The notes beneath the pieces are model-generated. The model made no database searches, was not told the origin of the DNA, and saw only the letters and a list, made by a program, of their open reading frames with translations. 64,000 nucleotides of DNA from an uncultured delta proteobacterium. GTDB lineage: Bacteria; Myxococcota_A; Polyangia; Polyangiales; Polyangiaceae. The DNA lies in NCBI GenBank assembly GCA_963806225.1, contig CAWDXG010000004.1, positions 2,080,001 to 2,144,000 of the forward strand, in the 5' to 3' direction. The position numbers were made by a program, and so were the translations under genes. Positions 41,898 to 51,000 of this stretch are shown here, in pieces. Numbering within the stretch: the stretch's first letter is position 1; every line of letters begins with the position of its first letter.

Positions 41898-41927
41898 GCC
41901 GGACAACCTAGAACAACGAAAGCGACG

Positions 41928-42191
41928 ATGGCATTCAATCTCTCCAGGAAGATCGCAACGGCGGCCTCCGCCGGCCTGATGCTGGGCGCCGTGGGCTGTG
42001 GCAACGAAAAGCCCGCAGCGTCCCCTGGCGCCGGTAGCCAGCCCGCCGCAGCCGCCGCCGAGGCAAAGGCCTGCTGCAAAGGCAAGAACGACTGCAAGGG
42101 CAAGGGCGGCTGCCAGACCGACAGCCACGCCTGCGCCGGTCAGAACGACTGCAAGGGCAAGGGCGGCTGCAACCACCATTGCCCGAAGTAG
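41928..42191 (+). CDS. Cys-rich RiPP precursor (bufferin BufA2-like), predicted lipoprotein, 87 aa
   Basis: MAFNLSRKIATAASAGLMLGAVGC-GNEKPAASPGAGSQPAAAAAEAKACCKGKNDCKGKGGCQTDSHACAGQNDCKGKGGCNHHCPK; directly upstream of DUF692; it is the tail of the spurious ORF 40452..42191. Confidence 0.9.
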   Translation: MAFNLSRKIATAASAGLMLGAVGCGNEKPAASPGAGSQPAAAAAEAKACCKGKNDCKGKGGCQTDSHACAGQNDCKGKGGCNHHCPK

Positions 42192-42252
42192 CGCCGCGCG
42201 CCCGGACCCACGGGAGTCGAGCCGGGCCGCGCCGTTACGCTCCACCTCGAGT

Positions 42253-43191
42253 ATGAAGACCCCCCGGAGAGCGGTCCCCGACCTGGGCGTCGGTGTCGGC
42301 CTGCGTGTCCCGCACTACCGGCACATCCTCGCCCACCGACCGAAGGTCGACTACTTCGAGATCATCAGCGAAAACTTCATGGTCGACGGTGGCCGGCCCA
42401 TCTACCACCTGGAACAGGTGCTCGAGAGCTACCGGCTGGTGCAGCACGGCGTCTCGCTGGGCATCGGCGGCCCCGGCGCGCCCGACCGCGACTACCTCGT
42501 GCGGCTCAAGGCGCTGGTCAAGAAGGTGAACCCGCCGTGGGTCAGCGATCATTTCTGCTGGTGCGGCGTGCCAGGCGTAGAGCTTCATGACCTGCTACCG
42601 CTGCCCTACACCTGGGAAGCCGTGCGGCTCGTCTCGGAGCGCGCGCGGATCGTGCAGGATTTCCTCGAGGTGCCGTTCGCGCTGGAAAACACCTCGAGCT
42701 ACCTCGCCTACACCTCCAGCGTCATGCCCGAGTGGGAGTTCGTCTCGGAGATCGCCGAGCGCGCGGACATCGGGCTGCTCTTCGACGTGAACAACGTGTA
42801 CGTGTCGGCGAAGAACCATGGCTTCGACCCGTACGAGTTCGTGCGGAGCGTGCCGCACGATCGCATCGTGCAGATCCACCTCGCCGGGCACACCAACGTC
42901 GGGGCCTACATCATCGACACGCACGACGGCCACGTGATCGATCCGGTGTGGGACCTGTACCGCGAGACGATCCGCCTGGCGGGGCCGGTCTCCACGCTGA
43001 TAGAGTGGGACGACCGCATCCCCGGGTTCGACGTGTTGATGGCGGAAGCACAACGCGCGCGCCATGCGCGGAACGAAGCGCTCGGGATCGAGGCCCGGCA
43101 GGACCCACCGCCGGCGCTCCCCACGCCGGCGACCGGAGAAGACGAACATCGGCCGTGGACGCAGGGCGGCCCGCGGGAGACAGTGTCGTGA
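42253..43191 (+). CDS. Multinuclear non-heme iron oxidative enzyme (MNIO, DUF692)
   Basis: GVGLRVPH, FEIISENF, HGVSL, WVSDH, HDLLPLP, LEN, DVNNVYV, IHLAGH, IDTH, IEWD. Confidence 0.95.
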   Translation: MKTPRRAVPDLGVGVGLRVPHYRHILAHRPKVDYFEIISENFMVDGGRPIYHLEQVLESYRLVQHGVSLGIGGPGAPDRDYLVRLKALVKKVNPPWVSDHFCWCGVPGVELHDLLPLPYTWEAVRLVSERARIVQDFLEVPFALENTSSYLAYTSSVMPEWEFVSEIAERADIGLLFDVNNVYVSAKNHGFDPYEFVRSVPHDRIVQIHLAGHTNVGAYIIDTHDGHVIDPVWDLYRETIRLAGPVSTLIEWDDRIPGFDVLMAEAQRARHARNEALGIEARQDPPPALPTPATGEDEHRPWTQGGPRETVS

Positions 43192-44015
43192 GCGAGCTCC
43201 TGCGGCTGCAGGAATGGATGGCGGCCCAGCTCCGCCGTCGCCGTGCTCTACCGAAAGACGCCCAGGCTACGGAGCTTGCCGCGCGGCACTTCACCGGCAA
43301 CGACCGGCTCTCGCCGGTGGAGCAGCTCGACGTGTACCGCGAGCAGTTCTGGCTCCGGCATACCGCGTCGCTGGTCGAGGATTTTCCGGGGCTCGGCGGC
43401 ATCCTGGGGCAGGGGGACTGGGAACGGCTGGTCGAGGAATACCTCGAGGAAATCGCACCAACGAGCTGGTCGCTGCGCGATCTGGGCGACCGACTGCCCG
43501 CGTTCGTGGAAACGCGGAGCTGGCTCCCCGAGCGCGCGCTGTGCGTGGACATGGCGCGGCTCGAGTGGGCGTACATCGAGGTCTTCGACGCCGCCGACGC
43601 GCCGCGGCTCGATCCGCACAAGCTCGCGGCCATTCCGGAGTCGGCCTGGGATAGCGCGCGCATCGTCCTGAATCCCGCACTCCGGCTGCTCGCGCTCGGC
43701 TATCCCGTCGCGGACCTCCGACGCGCTCTGCGGCGCGGCGACCCGGCCGTCGCCTTCCCCGCGCCCGCCCCACAGAAGCTCGTCATCTACCGCATCGACT
43801 GCGATCTGTTCGACAAGGAAATCGGCGACGCGCCGTTCGCGCTGCTCGAGGCTCTCGGGCACGGAGAATCGCTGGTCGAGGCCGCGGAGCACGTCCTCGC
43901 GCGCATGCCGGAGCTGAGCGTCGAGGTCGAAGAGAACGTGGGCGCGTGGTTCGCCTCGTTCGCAGAGCTCGGTTTGATCGTCGACGTGGAGACTCAGAAC
44001 ACGTCGAACGGATAG
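43188..44015 (+). CDS. MNIO partner protein (DUF2063, BufC/HvfC-like)
   Basis: LSPVEQLDVYREQFWLR...EDFPGL, DMARLEWA..EVFDAAD; GTGA start/stop overlap with DUF692. Confidence 0.9.
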   Translation: MSELLRLQEWMAAQLRRRRALPKDAQATELAARHFTGNDRLSPVEQLDVYREQFWLRHTASLVEDFPGLGGILGQGDWERLVEEYLEEIAPTSWSLRDLGDRLPAFVETRSWLPERALCVDMARLEWAYIEVFDAADAPRLDPHKLAAIPESAWDSARIVLNPALRLLALGYPVADLRRALRRGDPAVAFPAPAPQKLVIYRIDCDLFDKEIGDAPFALLEALGHGESLVEAAEHVLARMPELSVEVEENVGAWFASFAELGLIVDVETQNTSNG

Positions 44016-45712
44016 CCACCGTCCGTATAGGTGCGCGCGGCTATTTCCTTGCGCAGCTCGTCGTCGTTGTTCTCCAGCCGCACGAGGTTCGACGCGATGC
44101 GCCCCTGCGCCGCCGTCGCAAACATCGTGGTCAAGTCGATCTCGCGCCGCGCACCCGCTTCCCCGCGTTGCTCGATGGCCTGGGTGGTCCGCGCCAGGCA
44201 GGCCGCCAACGCGTACAAATCCATGGCGATGTTGGCGATGCGCATCTGGGTGTACTGGATCTCTGCGATCTCCCTGCCGTGCTCGCGCAGGGCGCGGTCC
44301 ACGGCGCGGCCGAGCTGTTCCGTCGCTTCCTCGAACATCACCGCCTCGCGGGCCAGCAGCGGATGGGCCATCGTCACGCGCTCGCGTTTGAGCGCCTCGC
44401 GCACCTTGCGCACCGCGAAGTCGCGCAGCAACCCGAAGCCCTTCACCGGCTCGTGCATCGCGCTCTCCACGTCGCTCAGGCGCTTGCCCGGGCCCTGCAT
44501 GCCGGCCAGGGCAATGAAGCAGCGCAGCGTCTCGTTGGTGCCGTCGAGCACGAACCACGCGCGCGCGTCGCGCAACAAGCGCTCGAGCGGCTGCGTCTTC
44601 AGGTAGCCGCTGCCCGCCGCGACCTGCATCGCGTCGTTGACCACGCGCCAGAGCGCCTCCGAGCCCGCCACGCGGCAGATCGCGCTCTCGAGCGAATAGT
44701 CCTCAACCTGGCGATCGACGAGGCCCGCCGTGAGATACGTCATCGACTCGATGGCGTAGGTATCCGCCATCATGCGCGCGACCTTGTCCTTCAGGATCGG
44801 GAATTCGCCGATCACGCGCCCGAAGCTGCGGCGCTTCTGCAACCGGTGCACCGTCAGGTTCACGATCGCCCGGCACTGCCCGACCATCGCTGCCGCCAGT
44901 ACCACCCGGGCGTCGTTCAGCACGGACATGGCCACCTTGTAGCCCTTGCCCGGCTCGCCCAGGACGTTGCCGGCAGGCACCCGGGCGTCCTTGAACGTGA
45001 CTTTGGTGATCGCCAGACCGCGCAGACCCAACGTGTCCCGCCGCGATCCTGTCTCGGCGCCGTGGGCCCGTTCGACAAGAAGCGAGGTGATGCGAGGCTT
45101 GCGTCCCTCGTCGACACGGCTGGTCCGCGCGAACACCGTGACGAGGTCGGCGATGTCCCCGTTCGACACCCACGGCTTGCTGCCGTCGAGGTGGTACACG
45201 CCCGCGTCCTCGTCGAGCTCGGCGTGGGTGCGGATCGCGCCCGCGTCCGCGCCGGAGGAACGCTCCGTGAGGGCGAAGGCCGCGATCGTCTCGCCGCTCG
45301 CCAGCTTCGGCAGGTAGTGCGCTTTCTGCTCGTCGGTTCCGAACAGGATCAGTCCTCTGAGTCCAATGGCGCCGTGGGCCGTCAGAAGCATTCCGAGTGA
45401 CGCGTCCGCCGCGGCGACCTCCTGCACGACCCGGGCAAAGCCCGAGAACGAGAGCCCGAGTCCGCCGTACTCACGGGGCACGCCGGCGCCGAACAGGCCT
45501 AGCCCGCGCAGTTCGTCGACGATCGCGCTGTCGATGTGCCCCGATCGATCGATCTCTGCGGCGTCCACGTGCTCGGCAACGACACCGTGCAGCTTGTCGA
45601 TGAGCTCCTCTAGCCGCTGCCGCTCCGGGTCCGGCGCGCGCGGGAACGGGAAGATGACCTCCTCGGCGATGACGCCGAAGAAGAGGGCCTTCATGAAGCT
45701 CTGCTCGTCCAT
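43994..45712 (-). CDS. Acyl-CoA dehydrogenase (ACAD9/VLCAD-like)
   Basis: VPREYGGLG, AFALTE..SGAD, GSKPWVSNG, FGRVIGEF, ERLLRDAR, LDGTNE, long C-terminal extension. Confidence 0.9.
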   Translation of the reverse strand: MDEQSFMKALFFGVIAEEVIFPFPRAPDPERQRLEELIDKLHGVVAEHVDAAEIDRSGHIDSAIVDELRGLGLFGAGVPREYGGLGLSFSGFARVVQEVAAADASLGMLLTAHGAIGLRGLILFGTDEQKAHYLPKLASGETIAAFALTERSSGADAGAIRTHAELDEDAGVYHLDGSKPWVSNGDIADLVTVFARTSRVDEGRKPRITSLLVERAHGAETGSRRDTLGLRGLAITKVTFKDARVPAGNVLGEPGKGYKVAMSVLNDARVVLAAAMVGQCRAIVNLTVHRLQKRRSFGRVIGEFPILKDKVARMMADTYAIESMTYLTAGLVDRQVEDYSLESAICRVAGSEALWRVVNDAMQVAAGSGYLKTQPLERLLRDARAWFVLDGTNETLRCFIALAGMQGPGKRLSDVESAMHEPVKGFGLLRDFAVRKVREALKRERVTMAHPLLAREAVMFEEATEQLGRAVDRALREHGREIAEIQYTQMRIANIAMDLYALAACLARTTQAIEQRGEAGARREIDLTTMFATAAQGRIASNLVRLENNDDELRKEIAARTYTDGGYPFDVF

Positions 45713-45741
45713 CTGTAGCCTCGGCTTGGAACTGGCTGACT

Positions 45742-47607
45742 TCAGTCGCGATGCGGGTCCGGGTCCACCGGCTCCGCCACAACCGACGGCGCCGTGTCGA
45801 CCGGATCGCCGCCTGCCACGTCCTCCGGGACCGGAGCGGCGGGGGGGATATCACGGGTGGAGGCCACTTCAGGTGACATGGGCGGCGGCTCGGACCCTGC
45901 GGGCGGCGGCTCCGACGGGCTCCTCCCGACGTGACTGGTCAGCTCGATCACCGGCGCCGAGTCGCGCACTGCGTGCGACGGTACTCCGAACTCCTCGGCG
46001 CGCTTGGCCTGCCACTGGTACTTGATGCGGTGGTGATGCATGTTGACCAGCGTGTCCGCCATGCGCGTCGTGATGATGCGCAGGTCCTTCATGTCGAGCC
46101 CGCTGTCGTCGAGCTGGCCCTGCTTCAGCTTGGTGGACAGCACCCGCTGGATCATCGTTTCGAACGCGTCGCGCTCCGGCGGGTCGATGGTGCGCGAAGC
46201 GGCTTCGATGGAGTCCACCAGCATCAGGATGGCGGTCTCCTTGGTCTGCGGCTTCATCCCCGGATAGCGGAAGTTGCTGGCATCGAGGCCCTTCGGGTTG
46301 CCCTGCTGCTGGCACTTGTTCCAGAAGTACTCGACGACCTGCGTTCCGTGATGAGTGTAGGCGAACTCGACAACGGGCTCGGGGATGCCGCCGTCCCGCA
46401 GGATCTTCGTGCCGATCACGACGTGCGCCATGATCGCGTCCGCACTCACGTCGGGCTCGAGCTCGTCGTGCGGCGATCGTTCATCGGGGCCCAGGTTCTC
46501 GACGAAGTACTTGCTCTGCGCCGTCTTGCCGAGATCGTGGTAGTATGCGCCCACGCGCGTCAGGAGCGCGTCGGCTCCGATCGAGCTGGACGCCTGCTCC
46601 GCGAGGTTCGCCATGGCGCGCGAGTGCTCGTGCGTCCCCGGCGCCTCCTCGGACAGCTTGCGGAGCAGCGGCTGCGACAGGTCCTGCAGGTCGAGCAGCC
46701 GCTCACGCGGCACCTTGCCGAGCAGCCGCTCGGCGGGCGCCCTGAACAGCGCAGCGAGCAACCCGGCGAGCAGGCCGCCACCGACGCACGCCACGAGCTC
46801 GGAGTTGCCGAGCGTGAGAACGTCGGCGAGCACATTGAAGCGCCCTTCGAAGCTCACGACGATCGCGATGTACACCGCCGCAGCGCTGAGCCCCGCGAAC
46901 ACACCGGAGAACGCCATCTGGCGGGCTCGCTTGCGTTCCGTCCACAGAAGCGTCGCCGACATGCCGCGCGCCAGCATCACGACCAGCAGGATCAGATCGA
47001 ACTCGAGCAGCGACGCGATCACGAAGGACAACACCACCGTGACCAGAAACGCGGTCCGTCGGTCCAAGCTGGTCGCGACCCAGAGCGGCACCACCGCCAT
47101 GGGTATCCAGAACTCGGGAAGCGACGTGAACAGGAGCAGCGCCTTGGCGAAGAGCGCCACAAACAGCATCAGAAGGAGCAGGCCCACCTGCAGCCTGAGC
47201 AACCGGAGCCGGCTTTGCCCGAAACGGCGCAGGTAGGACGTGAGCGCCATGCCGAGCGTGAGGAAGATCACGAAGACACCGGCCAGGCGCGGCCAGTGCG
47301 GCGGGCGGTGCAGCGTCGCGTAGATGAACGCGGTCCACTGCGCCTCGTTCCGGGAGCTGAGCTCGCTGCCGATCGGCACCACGATGCGCCGGTGTACGTA
47401 GTGGAGGTCCGCCCGGCCGGTCCGGGTGTCGCGCATGATCCGGGGACCGTAGGGAACGCGCAGCGTGACCGGCACGGGATGACCGAAGCGCGGCGCCCAC
47501 GCGGACACGTAGCGGTCGCCGGCCTGGATGGTCGTCAACAAACAGGCGAACACCAGACTCATGACGAGCCCGGCGATCGGTCCGGCCCGTACCCGCGTGC
47601 GCAGCAT
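45742..47607 (-). CDS. 7TM-HD phosphohydrolase (PgpH-like c-di-AMP phosphodiesterase)
   Basis: About 7 TMs then EAPGTHEHS, GAYYHDLGK, YFVEN, HHGT, FRYPG.KPQTKE, DSIEAASR. Confidence 0.88.
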   Translation of the reverse strand: MLRTRVRAGPIAGLVMSLVFACLLTTIQAGDRYVSAWAPRFGHPVPVTLRVPYGPRIMRDTRTGRADLHYVHRRIVVPIGSELSSRNEAQWTAFIYATLHRPPHWPRLAGVFVIFLTLGMALTSYLRRFGQSRLRLLRLQVGLLLLMLFVALFAKALLLFTSLPEFWIPMAVVPLWVATSLDRRTAFLVTVVLSFVIASLLEFDLILLVVMLARGMSATLLWTERKRARQMAFSGVFAGLSAAAVYIAIVVSFEGRFNVLADVLTLGNSELVACVGGGLLAGLLAALFRAPAERLLGKVPRERLLDLQDLSQPLLRKLSEEAPGTHEHSRAMANLAEQASSSIGADALLTRVGAYYHDLGKTAQSKYFVENLGPDERSPHDELEPDVSADAIMAHVVIGTKILRDGGIPEPVVEFAYTHHGTQVVEYFWNKCQQQGNPKGLDASNFRYPGMKPQTKETAILMLVDSIEAASRTIDPPERDAFETMIQRVLSTKLKQGQLDDSGLDMKDLRIITTRMADTLVNMHHHRIKYQWQAKRAEEFGVPSHAVRDSAPVIELTSHVGRSPSEPPPAGSEPPPMSPEVASTRDIPPAAPVPEDVAGGDPVDTAPSVVAEPVDPDPHRD

Positions 47608-47832
47608 TCTCGCGACTCGCGGCGCTGCCAGCGCGCCTTCCACCCCGACGCTAGCCAAGGACGGCGGCTTAAGCCATCGACAAAAGGACCCAGGCCGGAC
47701 GAGAGGCGTCCGCCCGGCAGGCCAGGGGTTCCGCTGGCTTGCGAGAACGCCGGCCCCCACCCATCCAGCAGGCTACTCTCTCAATCATCCCAATAGCTTG
47801 CGCGCCGGCCCGCCTCTTGCTACCCGGTAGCT

Positions 47833-48711
47833 GTGGGGCGCCTGGACGCGATCGTCGACTCGGCCTGCCGCGAGCGTGGAGCCGCGGTGATGGCTGCGGT
47901 CAACGTCACGCCGGACTCTTTCTACGATGGCGGGCGTTACCTCGGCGCGGAAGCGGCGGCTGGCCACGTGGACGACCTCATCGAGCAGGGCGCCGACATC
48001 ATCGACATCGGCGGCGAATCCACGCGCCCCGGCGCGCAGCCGGTCACCGCGGCTGAACAGATCGCTCGCATCGGGCCGGTCGTCGAGCACGCCGTGAAGC
48101 GCGGCGCGCTGGTCTCGATCGACACGACGCGACCGGAAGTCGCCGAGCGCATGCTGCGGCTCGGCGCGCACATCATCAACGACACGTCCTGCCTCGCCGA
48201 CGACGATCTGGCACAGGTAGCAGCGCGGCACGGCGCCGCGCTCGTCATCATGCATTCGCGCGGGCCGATGAGCCGGATGCCGGGCTTCTCGCAGTATCCG
48301 GACGACGCCTACGACGACGTCGTCGCCGAGGTGATGGAGGAGTGGTCAGAAGCGCGCGACCGGGCCGTGGCTGCCGGCATGCCCCGCGGCGATATCCTGC
48401 TCGACCCGGGACTCGGCTTCGCGAAGAACGCGCGACATTCCTACGAGACCCTTATCCGCCTCACCGAGCTCGGCAGAGCGCGGGCGCGCATCGTGGTCGG
48501 GCCCAGCCGCAAGTCGTTCATCGCGACGGCCAACCCCGCGCCGCCCGAGGCGCGCCTCGGCGGCACCATCGCCGCCTGCCTGCTCGCGGTACAGCGCGGC
48601 GCCTGCGTCGTGCGCGTCCACGACGTGCGCGACGTGCGTCAGGCTCTGGCCGTCGCCCACGCCGCCCACATGACGCCACCGCCGGGGCAAGCCGAGGTGC
48701 GCCATGCTTGA
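47833..48711 (+). CDS. folP: Dihydropteroate synthase
   Basis: NVTPDSFYDGG, DIGGESTRPG, SIDT, INDT, DPGLGFAK, SRKSF, VRVHDV. Confidence 0.95.
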   Translation: MGRLDAIVDSACRERGAAVMAAVNVTPDSFYDGGRYLGAEAAAGHVDDLIEQGADIIDIGGESTRPGAQPVTAAEQIARIGPVVEHAVKRGALVSIDTTRPEVAERMLRLGAHIINDTSCLADDDLAQVAARHGAALVIMHSRGPMSRMPGFSQYPDDAYDDVVAEVMEEWSEARDRAVAAGMPRGDILLDPGLGFAKNARHSYETLIRLTELGRARARIVVGPSRKSFIATANPAPPEARLGGTIAACLLAVQRGACVVRVHDVRDVRQALAVAHAAHMTPPPGQAEVRHA

Positions 48712-49906
48712 AGGCGTTCTCAGCTACCTCGACCACCGTACGGCCGTGCAGCTGATGCGCGACGCGCTCGACATCTTCATCGTCTACTACGTCCTGTACC
48801 GCGCGCTGCTCGTGCTGCGCGGCACCCGCGCCATGCAGGTCGGCGTGGGGCTGGGGATGGTTTTCGTGCTGTACATCGTCGCGCAGCTCTTGCAGCTCGT
48901 AACGGTCCTCAGCATCCTGAGCGCGCTCATCTCCAGCATCATCCTGGTGATCGTCGTCGTCTTCCAGAACGACATCCGGCGCGGCCTGATGCGCGTCGGC
49001 AGCCGGGCCTGGTTCGGCAGCCTGGCGAAGGCACAGGAAACGAAAGTCATCGACGAGGTCGTCGACGCCGCCACGGACCTCGCGCGCCACCGCATCGGCG
49101 CCATCATCACCTTCGAGCAGGACGCCAACCTCGACGAGTTCGTCGGCGTGCACAAGGGCCACCTTGTCGACGCCGCCGTTTCCAGCGAACTGCTCGTGTC
49201 GCTGTTCATCCCGGAAGGAATGAACAAGCTGCACGACGGCGCCGTCATCATCAGGAATCTCAGGATAGCCAAGGCCGGCGTGTTCTTCCCGATGCCCGAG
49301 GGTCGCATTGTCGACGAGAGCTTCGGCTCGCGCCATCGCGCTGCGCTCGGCATCACGGAAGAGACCGACGCCGTCGTCGTCGTGGTCAGCGAGGAGCGCG
49401 GTACCATCAGCTTCTGCTTCAACGGCAACATCGCGTCCAATCTCGACGGTCCAAAGCTGCGGGCGATGCTGGAGGCCATCTTCAGCCCCAAGGTCCGCAA
49501 GACGAAGAAGAAGCCCCCCGCAAGCACGCGCACCGGACAGGCCCCACCCGTCGCCATCGTCGAGCAGACGGGCCCGTCGTCGCAGCGCGAGTTGCCAGTG
49601 CTGGACACGGAAGAAGAGGAGACCGTTCCCATCAGCGTGCGCGGCGGTCGTAGCGCTGAACCGCCGCCGAGTCTGCGCCGCCCGCAGAGCGACAGCGAAG
49701 TTCCGCCTCCGCCTCCGCTCAGGCCGCGGCCGGTGTCGGCGTCGGACGGCGATGGGCCGAGCAGCAGCCCGAGGCCCCCCCCCGCGACGCCCTTGACCCC
49801 CGCGTTGCGCACTCCCGTCGGCGGGCGCTCTCCGGACTCGTCGCGCCACTCGTCGGGCAGCGACGATGACGGCCCCGCGCCGGACACCGGACGCAAGGAC
49901 AGGTAG
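48704..49906 (+). CDS. cdaA: Diadenylate cyclase CdaA/DacA with Pro-rich C-terminal extension
   Basis: 3 N-terminal TMs, VVFQNDIRR, LHDGA, GSRHRAALG, VVSEERG. Confidence 0.93.
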   Translation: MLEGVLSYLDHRTAVQLMRDALDIFIVYYVLYRALLVLRGTRAMQVGVGLGMVFVLYIVAQLLQLVTVLSILSALISSIILVIVVVFQNDIRRGLMRVGSRAWFGSLAKAQETKVIDEVVDAATDLARHRIGAIITFEQDANLDEFVGVHKGHLVDAAVSSELLVSLFIPEGMNKLHDGAVIIRNLRIAKAGVFFPMPEGRIVDESFGSRHRAALGITEETDAVVVVVSEERGTISFCFNGNIASNLDGPKLRAMLEAIFSPKVRKTKKKPPASTRTGQAPPVAIVEQTGPSSQRELPVLDTEEEETVPISVRGGRSAEPPPSLRRPQSDSEVPPPPPLRPRPVSASDGDGPSSSPRPPPATPLTPALRTPVGGRSPDSSRHSSGSDDDGPAPDTGRKDR

Positions 49907-49909
49907 GCC

Positions 49910-50875
49910 GTGTTCGAGCATTTCGGCACAGGCGTCCTCCGCTGGCTTCGCGAAGCCTTCACGGACAACGTCGGACTCAAGGCGCTGAGCCTCGCCTTCG
50001 CGCTCGGGCTGTTCGCCTATCTGCACGGCCAGGAGGACCAGCAGCAGCGCACCGTGCCGGTCGGCGTGGTGCTGCGCCTACCGCCCGAGAGCGCGAAGCG
50101 CGAATTGATGACGCAGATCCCGGCCAGCATCCACGTCACGCTGCGCGGCTCCACGCGAGCCATCGACAGCCTGATCCAGACCGGTATCGCACCCGTGGAG
50201 ATCGACCTGCGCGACGGCCGGAAGGAGAGTATTGCCTTCGAGCCGAACATGTTCACGCTGCCGCCCGGCGTCGAGATCTCGATCATCGATCCGCCCAGCA
50301 TCGACCTGGAATGGCAGGACATCGTCACGCGCAAGATACCGATCCAGGCGTCGATCACCGGCAAGACGGCGGAGGGTTTCGTGGTCAAGGGCGAGCCCGA
50401 GGTCCAGCCCAAGACCATCACCGTGCGCGGCCCGGTCAGCCTGGTGGAAGTGATGCAGTTCGCGCGGCTCGCCGCATTCGACGTGTCCGGCCTCACCGAG
50501 GGCACCTACCGCCGGCGCATCGCGATCGACGCTCCGCCCAACCGGGTCAGTTACATCGGCCCGCAGAGCGGGACCGTCACGGTCACCATCGCGCGGCGCG
50601 TGAGCGAAGCGAAGTTCGCGCGGCGTCCGGTCGAGGTCGTCGGCGTACCGAGCGCCGTCACGAAGCCGCACACCGTGGACGTGACGGTTGTCGGCCCGCC
50701 CGAGGTCGTGCGCGCGCTCAGAGCCGAGCAGGTCGTTCCGAGCGTGGACCTCGCGAAGGCCAAGGGCGTGGACCTCGCGAAGCAGAAGCACGGCTCCGCC
50801 CTGGTCCCCGTCACCGTCGACATCTCCAAAGTGCGCGCCGAGATCCAGCCGCCCGCCGTCAATGTGAAGTGGTAG
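49910..50875 (+). CDS. cdaR: CdaR/YbbR-like regulator
   Basis: NVGLKALSLAFA N-terminal TM; YbbR-type repeats (VTLRGS, PKTITVRGP, VTVVGP); 3 bp after cdaA. Confidence 0.88.
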   Translation: MFEHFGTGVLRWLREAFTDNVGLKALSLAFALGLFAYLHGQEDQQQRTVPVGVVLRLPPESAKRELMTQIPASIHVTLRGSTRAIDSLIQTGIAPVEIDLRDGRKESIAFEPNMFTLPPGVEISIIDPPSIDLEWQDIVTRKIPIQASITGKTAEGFVVKGEPEVQPKTITVRGPVSLVEVMQFARLAAFDVSGLTEGTYRRRIAIDAPPNRVSYIGPQSGTVTVTIARRVSEAKFARRPVEVVGVPSAVTKPHTVDVTVVGPPEVVRALRAEQVVPSVDLAKAKGVDLAKQKHGSALVPVTVDISKVRAEIQPPAVNVKW

Positions 50876-51000
50876 CGCGCACCTGACCGGCACGTCAGGG
50901 GTGTGTGCCAGCGTGGGCCAGCGGGCGCGGAAATTCCCGCATAGGCGGCGGTCCGCCGCGCGGCACGCTTCCTGCTGGTGGGCAGCACAACGGAGGAACC

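Noticed and set aside
40452..41927. 579-aa plus-strand ORF 40452..42191
   Set aside because: Antisense shadow of pepP; only the last 87 codons (the RiPP precursor) look real
47608..47832. c-di-AMP (ydaO) or folate riboswitch between the HD gene and folP
   Set aside because: No recognisable consensus on either strand by eye; an Infernal/Rfam scan would be decisive
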